Positions 54,953 to 64,000 of a stretch of DNA of 64,000 nt are shown in pieces. Numbering within the stretch: the first letter of the stretch is position 1; each line of letters begins with the position of its first letter. A program made the translations under genes and the position numbers. Source of the DNA: an uncultured cyanobacterium (lineage in GTDB: Bacteria > Cyanobacteriota > Cyanobacteriia > Pseudanabaenales > Pseudanabaenaceae); contig OY969811.1 of the NCBI GenBank assembly GCA_963703315.1, positions 4,501,175-4,565,174 of the forward strand, read 5' to 3'. The notes beneath the pieces were generated by a model. The model did not search any database. It saw nothing but the letters and a program-made list of their open reading frames with translations, and was not told where the DNA came from.

Positions 54953-55248
54953 AGGTTAAGTGTTTAAGTGATGAATAAATTGATGAATAACAAGCGCAGA
55001 TAAGATGTCTTAGATTTTAGCGCTTCATTAGCCGTTTATTGCAAAGTGTGTTTAGTGTGACATATATAAAGCCTAAAAAAGAGATAGCCAAAAGTACTAT
55101 TTCTTTTTTTAGGAATTAGTTGGTCATAGGTATTATGGCGATCGCGATCGGGGAACATTATAGCTAAATACAACGTTTAGATAAATACGATGATTCTTTC
55201 TATATTTATTCATTTTAACAAAAAAACTTGTTTATAAATATTAGCCGA

Positions 55249-55378
55249 TAAGTTATAAAAAGTTATCTTGCAAATATGCATTTTTTGATAACTTTTATCT
55301 AACTTTTTAATAACAAAACATAACTTTTTAATAACTTTTGTAATTTTAAATAACTTTTTAGGAACCTTTAAACAACCT
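55249..55378 (+). promoter_or_regulatory. Helically phased TAACYTT repeat array
   Basis: TAAC-like cores at 55289, 55300, 55311, 55321, 55332, 55341, 55351, 55362, 55373; two inverted cores at 55252 and 55262. Confidence 0.5.
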
Positions 55379-55711
55379 ATTAGCTATTTTTAATCAACGA
55401 TAAGATCTAGGTTTTATATGGGTTTTACCGTTAATTAAATAATTTGTTTTGTTGGTATTTTTGCTGAATTGATACTGAAAATAATTTTTTATTCAATTTC
55501 ATTTATTTTTCAAGAAAAAGAATAGATATTTTAGGGCTAAATAAACTCTATTGGTATTGATTGAGCTTGACAGAAAACAAATAGAACAATATGTTGATGA
55601 AGCGTTAGTTCGATGCATTTCTTGCATTACTTGCAGTAATTAATGAGTAGATACGTTCATTACTGTGCTTGTTCAAATATTTTTCTCTCTGAATATATGT
55701 CAGAGACAGGT

Positions 55712-55954
55712 TTAGACATTTTCTTGTTCTTGTCTAATCTGTGCTTGGTTTTACGCTGGCTTTTTTGCCTATTTTCTAATGCTTTGGCTTAACTCTTGGA
55801 AACAATAGGACGCAATATTATGGCTGCTCTCTTTTTCGATGTTTTTTCTGTTCTTGGTGATTCTGCGATCGCTTCAAGCTGCTGTAATCCAATCGGGGCG
55901 GGAATATTGGGTGACTTCTGATTTCTCAGAATTGCCTGATTTAAAAATTTTTCT
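55712..55954 (+). pseudogene. Deleted remnant of the leader and N-terminus of an RTX-gene paralogue
   Basis: GGACGCAATATTATG vs GGACGCAATATCATG; later encodes REYWVTSDFSELPDLK vs REQWIAGDFSKLPDLK in the downstream gene. Confidence 0.65.
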
Positions 55955-56134
55955 GGTTTTGCTACTGGGTGGGTGCATAAATTGACTGCCCCTCACAGAA
56001 TAAGAAAATGTGGGTTCTGAAATACGAGCCTTGTTTAAGACAAATCATAGGCATTTGCCTTGTTTGTTCTAGGCTTTGCTTTGGCTTTTTTGATGTTTTA
56101 GCTTAATTATTTGAAACTAAAGGGACGCAATATC

Positions 56135-59100
56135 ATGTTGACTTCAATTTTTGGCGATCTTTCTCTTGCTCTTGATGCTTCTACTTCTGCTTCATTGACG
56201 GCGGCAATTCAATCTGTATACGGCTTTTTGACTGAGTTTGCGAAGCGGGAGGACTTTTTTGATAAGAGTGAGTCTGTGTTTGGCAAAACGTTGGATCGGG
56301 GTGTGTTGGGTGCTTTGCGGGAGCAGTGGATTGCTGGTGATTTCTCGAAGTTGCCTGATTTGAAGTTGTTGTCTGCTTCTGATTTACAAGGGGCTAATGC
56401 GGCTTTTGCTGGTTCCACTGGGGAGATCTATCTTTCTACAGGATTCTTGTCTCAAAATGTGAGTAATCCGCAGGTTTTGGCGGCGGTGTTGTTGGAGGAG
56501 GTTGGGCATTCGGTGGATTGGAAGGTGAATGCTGTAGATACGGTTGGGGATGAGGGGGAGTTGTTTTCGGCGATCGTGCGTGGTGTGGATTTGAGTGCTG
56601 GTCAGGTTCAGCAGATTAAGCAGGAGAATGATTCTGTTGTTTTGAATTTGAGTGGGAATTTGTTTGATGCTGAAAAATCAGATAATAGTTCTCCTTTTGA
56701 TATTGAAGTTTTAAAGTATGGAACATATTGGAATACTTCGCTCTCCTTTAGTTTTGTAACTCAGGATACTGCTGAGATTTATAATAAAGTTAATTACTAC
56801 GACTCAATTACTGGATTCCAAGACTCTCAGGAAACCGTCAAAAACAATATACGCTATATTTTAAGTGATGTGTATGGAAAGGTTATTCCTGTAGCTTTTC
56901 AAGAAGTTACAGAAACAACGAAAGATAGTGATAACTTCTTTAGTTTTCTTCCAGGAATACCAGATAAAGAGCTAGCATCAGCAGGCATATTACGGTTTAT
57001 GTTTGCAAATGTGAATTTTCTAAATATTTTTGGTGGAACTGTTTATGGAAGGGCTAATTTTCCTAATAATACATTGGAAGCTGGAGATGTTTATTTAAAT
57101 AATGAAAAAGACTTTTCTAAAGCTCCTGGTACACTTGAATACTTGACTATTATTCATGAGATAGGTCATGCGCTAGGGTTAAAGCATCCATTTGATCTCT
57201 CTCCTACATTATCACCTACAGAAGACAATAATACCAACACGGTAATGACTTATAACCATGTTGGTAGTCAGGCAGTATCTTTAATGCCTTACGATATTTT
57301 CACATTGCAGTCCCTATATGGGGCTAATCACTACAATCAATCTAGTACAGAGTATGATTTTAGTTCAGTAGATCGCTATTCGGTTAATAATAAGTCTTAT
57401 TATAATTTTGGATCTGGACATTCCAAAAGTACATTGTGGGATAGTGGTGGTAATGATACCTTCAACTTATCTAGCCTTCAATCATTGGGAAATACAGGTT
57501 TTGATTATTACTTTGATATTAATCCAGGGGGTGAGATAACAGATGCAATTGCATATAATAAAACTCCTTACTTTCAATCACAACGTTGGTATGATTATTT
57601 AAATCCGTTTCACTCTATACCAGTTGGAGAAAAAGGTATTACTGATACTTATGGAACTCGATTAGCATATGATCCCAATATATCAGGGATTGATGTCACA
57701 ATTGAAAATCTAATTGGTTCAAAAGGCAACGATTTTATTGTTGGAAATAATGTAGGTAATTTGATCAATGGGAACTTAGGAAATGATGAAATTAGTGGCA
57801 ATGGTGGAAATGATCAACTGTTTGGAGATGAAGGACTTGACAAGCTTGATGGAGGAGCTAATGATGATGATTTAGTGGGTGGTTCTGGTAACGATACAAT
57901 TATTGGTGGAGATGGAACTGATACGGTTTACTATACCAATTCACCCAAAGGAGTTGTTGTCAACCTCAGTGAAGAACAAGCCTATTCTCACAATAGAAAT
58001 ACTAGATATATTGATTCAGTAAATTCTGCCAATCCTGACTCTTACTATTCTGATCTTGAGCAAGACTTTTCTATTGGTAAAGGACAAGCTTTTGATGGCT
58101 TTGGTGATACAGATACTCTTCAGTCCCTAGAAAATATTCAAGGAACGAATCTGTATGACGACATCTTGATTGGGAACAGTGGTAACAACACCATTAAAGG
58201 TTTGGGCGGAAGTGATTTGTTGATTGGTAATGCTGGCAATGATTTGTTTATTGGTGGAGATTATATCGCTAATGAAAGAGATACTGTCAGTTATCGCCGA
58301 GATCCTAATGGTGTAGTTGTTAACCTGAAAACTGGTAAAGCTACTGATGGTTGGGGCGGACAAGACACTCTTCTTTATATTGAAAATATCGTTGGTTCTG
58401 ACAGTAATACTTCAGACACTTTAATTGGAGATGACTTTACAAACTACATCACTGGTGGTGATGGTGATGACAGAATTGAAGGTGGTGGTGGTAGTGATCA
58501 CCTCTATGGAGAGTTTGGGAATGACACTATTATTGGAGGTATAGGAGAGGATTGGATTTTTGGTAATCAAGGCATTGACACCATTTGGGGTGATAGTGAA
58601 GGTGTTGGTGGAGAGGGCTACCGAGATCAGATCTTTGCAGGACATGACGATATTATTAAAGGTGGAGATGGTGACGATATTATTTATGCAGGTGGCGGAA
58701 ATGATTCTGTTAGAGGAGATAGTGGCTACGGTAATGACCAAATTTGGGGAGACTCTGGCAACGACACTTTAGAAGGTGGTGCAGAATACGACTTTATTAG
58801 TGGCGGCACTGGCAATGACTTCATATTTGGTGGAACTGAAGACGACACTATTTATGGAGATTCAGGCATTGACACTATCCAAGGTAATGAAAACAATGAT
58901 TTCATCAGTGGCGGCGATGATGGTGACATTATTCAAGGTAATGAAGGAAATGACACTATCTATGGCGATAACGGTGACGACCTAATCCAAGGAAATATAG
59001 GATCAGATACCATCTTTGGCGGTGCGGGTGACGATAATATCCAAGGTAATGAAGATAACGACACCATTACAGGCGATGCTGGTAATGACTACATTACAGG

Positions 59101-62100
59101 TGATGCTGGTGATGACACTATCCAAGGTAGTGCTGGTAATGACACTATTTTCGGCAACATTGGTAATGATGTAATTCGTGGCGGGGATGATAGTGACACT
59201 ATCCAAGGTAACGAAGGCAATGACCAGATCTTTGGAGATAATGGCGCTGACAACATTCAAGGCAACATTGGCAACGACACCATCAGTGGCGGTAACGACA
59301 ACGACTTCATCTCTGGTGGTGACGACAACGACATCATTACTGGCGATGCAGGCGATGACAACATCTTCGGTGATAACGGTGCTGACAATATTCAAGGCAA
59401 CATTGGCAATGACACCATCAGTGGCGGTAACGACAACGACCTAATCTCTGGTGGTGATGGCAACGACTTTATTACTGGTGATGCAGGCGATGACAACATC
59501 TTCGGTGATAACGGCGCTGACAACATTCAAGGTAACAGTGGCAACGACACCATCAGTGGCGGCAACGACAACGACCTAATTTCTGGCGGTGACAACAACG
59601 ACTTTATTACTGGTGATGCAGGTGATGATGTCATTTTTGGCGATAACGGCGCTGACAACATTCAAGGCAACACTGGCAATGACACTATCAGTGGCGGTAA
59701 CGACAACGACCTAATTTCTGGTGGTGATGGCAACGACATCATTACTGGCGATGCAGGAGACGATCAACTCTATGGTGACAATGGCGATGACAAAATTGAT
59801 GGTGGTATCGGCAATGATGGACTCTATGGCGGCAATGACGCTGACCTTCTTATAGGTAACGCAGGAGATGATTTGCTTGATGGTGGTAACGGTATTGACA
59901 CCATCAGCTATGACAACTCTCCCAAAGGAGTCGTCGTTAACATCAATGAAAGCAGAGACTATAGCCACGATCGCCAACAGCGATTTGATCAATCAGTCAA
60001 TGCTCAGAACCCCGCTAACTATTACATCGATCTGGAATCAGACTTTAATATTGATGCAGGAAAATCCCAAGATGGATTTGACACCATCGACACCTCCAAA
60101 AATATCGAAAACATCATTGCCAGTTCCTTTAATGACGTTCTCATTGGCAACCGCAAAGACAACCTCATCCAAGGTTTAGGAGGCGATGACCTGCTCATTG
60201 GCGGTGCTGGTAATGACACCCTTGATGGCGGTACTGGCAACAATACCGTCAGCTATCGTTATGATCGCGATAGTGTTACCGTCAATATAGAAACAGGTAG
60301 CGCCACCGATGGATGGAATGACAATGACATTCTGCTTAATACTCAAAACATCGTTGGTTCAGAATATGGCGACCACCTAACAGGCGACAACAACACCAAC
60401 ATCATTACAGGCGGCGGTGACGATGACTTCATTAACGGCGGCGGCGGTAACGACCAACTTTATGGAGAGTTTGGTGAGGACAGAATCATCGGCGGACTTG
60501 GCACAGATTTCATCTATGGTAATCAAGGCGGAGATACCATTTACGGTGATTTAGAAGGCAATGCTGACATCGGAGACACTGACTATATTAGCGGTGGTAA
60601 CGGTGACGATGAAATTCACGCAGGTGGTGGCAATGACACTGTTTGGGGTGATAGTGACAGTGGCTATGGCAACGACAATATCTGGGGCGATGCTGGTAAC
60701 GACACCCTCTATGGCGGCGCAGGATACGACTTCATCAGTGGCGGCACTGGCAATGACACCATCTATGGCGAAACCGAAGACGACGACCTTTTTGGTGATA
60801 CAGGTGCTGACACCATTTATGGCGGCACTGGCAGCGACACCATCAGTGGCGGTGACGACAACGACATCATTCAAGGTAATGAAGGCAATGACGACATCTA
60901 TGGTGATGCAGGTGCTGACCTGATCAATGGCAACGATGGCAACGACTTCATCAGTGGCGGTAACGACAATGACACCATCTCTGGCGATGCTGGCAATGAT
61001 GAAATCTATGGCGATGCTGGTGACGACACGATCTTTGGTAATGAAGGTAATGACTTCATCGGCGGCGGTACTGGCAATGACACCATTTTGGGAGGTATAG
61101 GCAACGACGAAATCTATGGTGATGCAGGTGCAGACAATATTCAAGGCGAGGATGGCAATGACACCATCTTTGGCGGCAATGACGACGACCTCATCTCTGG
61201 CGGCAATGGTGATGACCTGATTACAGGTGACGCTGGTAACGACTTCATTACAGGCGATGCAGGGGATGACGAGATCGAAGGCAATGCTGGGATTGACATC
61301 ATCTATGGCAACTTAGGCAATGACTTCATCAGTGGTGGTGATGACAACGACACCATCTCTGGCAACGAAGGCGATGACACCCTCTATGGTGACAACGGAC
61401 TAGATAACATTTCGGGTGGTGATGGCAACGACTTCGTCAGTGGCGGTAACGACAACGACACCATCTCTGGTGGTGATGACAACGACTTCATCAAGGGTGA
61501 TGCAGGTGATGACTCCATTACAGGCGATGCAGGTGATGACTTCATTACAGGCGATGCTGGTAATGACACCATCAGTGGCGGTATTGGCATCGACTTCATC
61601 AGTGGTGGTACTGGCAACGACCTGATCAGTGGCAACGAAGGCAGTGACACCCTTTATGGCGATAGTGGCAACGACACCATCAATGGCGATGATGGCAACG
61701 ACTTAATTTTTGGTGGTACTGGTAACGACCTAATTTTTGGCGGTATTGGCAATGATGAAATCGTTGGTGATGCGGGTGATGACACCATTTATGGCGATGC
61801 GGGTGATGATGAAATCTATGGTAATGCTGGTAAAGACACCATTTACGGTAATGCGGGTGATGACAATATCTCTGGTGGTGATGATAGCGATCGCATCTCT
61901 GGCGGTGATGGTAATGACATCATTAATGGCGATAACGGTGATGATTTGATCATTGGTGATGCTGGTGATGACACGCTCTACGGTGGATTAGGCAATGACG
62001 ATATCCAAGGCGGTACTGGCAATGACCTGATCAGTGGCGGCAATGGCAATGACACCATTCAAGGCAACGAAGGTGATGACCTCATCTTTGGTGACAAAGG

Positions 62101-64000
62101 CAGTGACAATATCTTTGGTGATGCAGGTAATGACATCATTTCTGGTGGTGATGACAACGACATCATTTCTGGTGGTGATGGTGTGGACATCATCAATGGC
62201 GATGAGGGCAATGACCTGATCAATGGTGATGCTGGTGATGACGCGCTCTATGGTGATGAGGGGGCTGACACCATTTCTGGTGGTACTGGCAACGACCTCA
62301 TCGAAGGTGGTACTGGCCATGACACCCTGTACGGTAATGAAGGTGATGACACCATTTATGGTGATGAAGGCAGCGACAATATCTTTGGCGATGCAGGTAA
62401 TGACACCATTTACGGCGGTGCTGAAAATGACACCCTCTCTGGTGGTGATGGCAATGACACCATCTTTGGTGAAGTAGGTGACGATACCATCTTTGGTGAT
62501 GCAGGGGATGACAACCTCCAAGGTGGCTTTGGCAATGACACCATTAATGGTGGTATTGGCAATGACCTGATCACTGGTGGTGATGGTAAAGATACTCTCT
62601 ACGGTAACGAAGGTGATGACACCATTTATGGTGATGAAGGCAGCGACAATATCTTTGGTAACGAAGGTAATGACACTCTTTATGGCGGTGATCATCACGA
62701 CAATATCTCTGGTGGTGAAGGTAGCGACACCATCCTAGGGGGTGAAGGTAACGACACTATTTCTGGTGATGCTGGTGATGACTATCTCCAAGGTAATGAA
62801 GGGACTGACAAAATCCTTGGTGGACTTGGCAATGACCTCATCGATGGTGGTGATGGTAGCGACATTCTCTACGGCAACGAGGGAGATGACACCATTTATG
62901 GAAATGAAGGCAGCGACAATATCTTTGGCGATGTTGGTAATGACATCATCTCTGGTGGTAGTCACAACGACACCATTTCGGGTGGTGATGGTAACGATCG
63001 CATCACTGGTGATGATGGTAACGACACCATTTCTGGTGACGCAGGTGATGACTATCTCCAAGGTAATTTTGGGAATGACACCATCAATGGTGGGCTTGGC
63101 AATGACCACATCGATGGTGGTTATGGCAATGACACCCTCTACGGTAACGAAGGTGATGACCTCATTTTTGGTCAAGATGGTAATGACAATATCTACGGTA
63201 ACGCAGGTATTGACACCCTCTATGGCGGTGAGGATGATGACCTAATTAGTGGTGGTGATGGTAACGACAACATCTTCGGTGACGATGGTGACGACACCAT
63301 CTATGGTGATGTAGGTGATGACTATCTCCAAGGCAATGAAGGTAGCGACAAAATCTTTGGTGGGCTTGGCAATGACCTGATCAGTGGTGGTAAAGATAAT
63401 GACCACATCCAAGGCAATGAAGGTAACGACAGCATCTTTGGTGATAGCGGTAATGACTATCTCCAAGGCAACGCTGGTAATGACACGATCGCTGGTGGTA
63501 GTGGATATGACTTCATTTCTGGAGGAGATGGCAACGACATTCTCACTGGCGACGGTGAGGATGATGTGATTGCAGGCGACGATGGAGAAGATCAACTCTA
63601 TGGTGGTAATGGAGAAGACAAACTCTATGGTGGTGAAGGTAATGACTACCTAGTTGGTGGTGCTAATGGCGATCGCCTTGATGGAGGAGATGGCATCGAT
63701 ACCGCTTCCTACATTACTGCCACATCAGGAGTTGCCGTCAGCTTGCAAGATGGCTATGGCTGGTTAGGCGATGCCCATGAAGACACCTTCACTGATATTG
63801 AGAATATCGAAGGCTCACAATTTGATGACTTCTTAAAAGGCGATCGCTTTGACAACACCCTCAGTGGCTTAGCAGGAGATGACACCCTGATTGGCGATAA
63901 AGGCGATGACATTCTCATTGGTGGTGCAGGTGCTGACATTCTCAATGGAGGCAAAGGAAGTGATACCGCTTCTTATCGCAATTCATTGTCCGCAGTTGCG
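56135..64000 (+). CDS. Giant secreted RTX Ca-binding protein with an M10/serralysin-like Zn metalloprotease domain (partial, >=2622 aa)
   Basis: ATG 56135; LLEEVGH..D...GDEGELF N-domain; HEIGHALGLKHP at 57155 and Met-turn TVMTY; very many GGxGxDxxx nonapeptides. Same frame at 57155 and 63962. Its absence from the ORF track is consistent with no stop before the window edge. Confidence 0.88.
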   Translation, partial: MLTSIFGDLSLALDASTSASLTAAIQSVYGFLTEFAKREDFFDKSESVFGKTLDRGVLGALREQWIAGDFSKLPDLKLLSASDLQGANAAFAGSTGEIYLSTGFLSQNVSNPQVLAAVLLEEVGHSVDWKVNAVDTVGDEGELFSAIVRGVDLSAGQVQQIKQENDSVVLNLSGNLFDAEKSDNSSPFDIEVLKYGTYWNTSLSFSFVTQDTAEIYNKVNYYDSITGFQDSQETVKNNIRYILSDVYGKVIPVAFQEVTETTKDSDNFFSFLPGIPDKELASAGILRFMFANVNFLNIFGGTVYGRANFPNNTLEAGDVYLNNEKDFSKAPGTLEYLTIIHEIGHALGLKHPFDLSPTLSPTEDNNTNTVMTYNHVGSQAVSLMPYDIFTLQSLYGANHYNQSSTEYDFSSVDRYSVNNKSYYNFGSGHSKSTLWDSGGNDTFNLSSLQSLGNTGFDYYFDINPGGEITDAIAYNKTPYFQSQRWYDYLNPFHSIPVGEKGITDTYGTRLAYDPNISGIDVTIENLIGSKGNDFIVGNNVGNLINGNLGNDEISGNGGNDQLFGDEGLDKLDGGANDDDLVGGSGNDTIIGGDGTDTVYYTNSPKGVVVNLSEEQAYSHNRNTRYIDSVNSANPDSYYSDLEQDFSIGKGQAFDGFGDTDTLQSLENIQGTNLYDDILIGNSGNNTIKGLGGSDLLIGNAGNDLFIGGDYIANERDTVSYRRDPNGVVVNLKTGKATDGWGGQDTLLYIENIVGSDSNTSDTLIGDDFTNYITGGDGDDRIEGGGGSDHLYGEFGNDTIIGGIGEDWIFGNQGIDTIWGDSEGVGGEGYRDQIFAGHDDIIKGGDGDDIIYAGGGNDSVRGDSGYGNDQIWGDSGNDTLEGGAEYDFISGGTGNDFIFGGTEDDTIYGDSGIDTIQGNENNDFISGGDDGDIIQGNEGNDTIYGDNGDDLIQGNIGSDTIFGGAGDDNIQGNEDNDTITGDAGNDYITGDAGDDTIQGSAGNDTIFGNIGNDVIRGGDDSDTIQGNEGNDQIFGDNGADNIQGNIGNDTISGGNDNDFISGGDDNDIITGDAGDDNIFGDNGADNIQGNIGNDTISGGNDNDLISGGDGNDFITGDAGDDNIFGDNGADNIQGNSGNDTISGGNDNDLISGGDNNDFITGDAGDDVIFGDNGADNIQGNTGNDTISGGNDNDLISGGDGNDIITGDAGDDQLYGDNGDDKIDGGIGNDGLYGGNDADLLIGNAGDDLLDGGNGIDTISYDNSPKGVVVNINESRDYSHDRQQRFDQSVNAQNPANYYIDLESDFNIDAGKSQDGFDTIDTSKNIENIIASSFNDVLIGNRKDNLIQGLGGDDLLIGGAGNDTLDGGTGNNTVSYRYDRDSVTVNIETGSATDGWNDNDILLNTQNIVGSEYGDHLTGDNNTNIITGGGDDDFINGGGGNDQLYGEFGEDRIIGGLGTDFIYGNQGGDTIYGDLEGNADIGDTDYISGGNGDDEIHAGGGNDTVWGDSDSGYGNDNIWGDAGNDTLYGGAGYDFISGGTGNDTIYGETEDDDLFGDTGADTIYGGTGSDTISGGDDNDIIQGNEGNDDIYGDAGADLINGNDGNDFISGGNDNDTISGDAGNDEIYGDAGDDTIFGNEGNDFIGGGTGNDTILGGIGNDEIYGDAGADNIQGEDGNDTIFGGNDDDLISGGNGDDLITGDAGNDFITGDAGDDEIEGNAGIDIIYGNLGNDFISGGDDNDTISGNEGDDTLYGDNGLDNISGGDGNDFVSGGNDNDTISGGDDNDFIKGDAGDDSITGDAGDDFITGDAGNDTISGGIGIDFISGGTGNDLISGNEGSDTLYGDSGNDTINGDDGNDLIFGGTGNDLIFGGIGNDEIVGDAGDDTIYGDAGDDEIYGNAGKDTIYGNAGDDNISGGDDSDRISGGDGNDIINGDNGDDLIIGDAGDDTLYGGLGNDDIQGGTGNDLISGGNGNDTIQGNEGDDLIFGDKGSDNIFGDAGNDIISGGDDNDIISGGDGVDIINGDEGNDLINGDAGDDALYGDEGADTISGGTGNDLIEGGTGHDTLYGNEGDDTIYGDEGSDNIFGDAGNDTIYGGAENDTLSGGDGNDTIFGEVGDDTIFGDAGDDNLQGGFGNDTINGGIGNDLITGGDGKDTLYGNEGDDTIYGDEGSDNIFGNEGNDTLYGGDHHDNISGGEGSDTILGGEGNDTISGDAGDDYLQGNEGTDKILGGLGNDLIDGGDGSDILYGNEGDDTIYGNEGSDNIFGDVGNDIISGGSHNDTISGGDGNDRITGDDGNDTISGDAGDDYLQGNFGNDTINGGLGNDHIDGGYGNDTLYGNEGDDLIFGQDGNDNIYGNAGIDTLYGGEDDDLISGGDGNDNIFGDDGDDTIYGDVGDDYLQGNEGSDKIFGGLGNDLISGGKDNDHIQGNEGNDSIFGDSGNDYLQGNAGNDTIAGGSGYDFISGGDGNDILTGDGEDDVIAGDDGEDQLYGGNGEDKLYGGEGNDYLVGGANGDRLDGGDGIDTASYITATSGVAVSLQDGYGWLGDAHEDTFTDIENIEGSQFDDFLKGDRFDNTLSGLAGDDTLIGDKGDDILIGGAGADILNGGKGSDTASYRNSLSAVA

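Noticed and set aside
58127..63954. Many ORF-track entries on both strands in the RTX region
   Set aside because: They are shadow frames of the repetitive GGxGxD coding sequence; the real frame starts at 56135 and runs off the window.

Overview
Cyanobacterial chromosomal DNA. The HIP1 octamer GCGATCGC is very abundant, and the gene content and intergenic hairpins look Pseudanabaena-like, though the genus is an inference. Most of the window is housekeeping: rnb, accA, cysK, dapF, def, cobS, ctpA, valS, ubiD, hisD, cobD, infB, lepA, purS and purQ. It also holds a biuret/triuret hydrolase cluster and, at the right end, the 5' part of a giant (>2600 aa) metalloprotease/RTX gene that runs off the window and is absent from the ORF track. 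The most unusual part is the accessory island at about 7.5-21.2 kb, between a ChuX/HutX-like gene and dapF. It carries nine co-oriented type II toxin-antitoxin (TA) modules, a hicA remnant, a Ser/Thr kinase and a DUF262+HEPN pair. Each of these units is followed by the same strand-asymmetric 27-29 nt repeat built on HIP1 (GCGATCGC-TGTTTGATTTTTGTG..., alternating with GCGATCGC-GATTTTGGGTGTTGAGGGG). After the ParE module the repeat is reduced to little more than HIP1, and the hicA remnant has none after it. The layout resembles an integron-like cassette array with HIP1-based junctions and no integrase in view. Signs of turnover include a duplicated cassette, three hicA copies in progressive decay, an IS1634 insertion in a VapC gene, and a decayed second copy of the upstream anchor gene. 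All family calls come from motif recognition by eye, not database searches.
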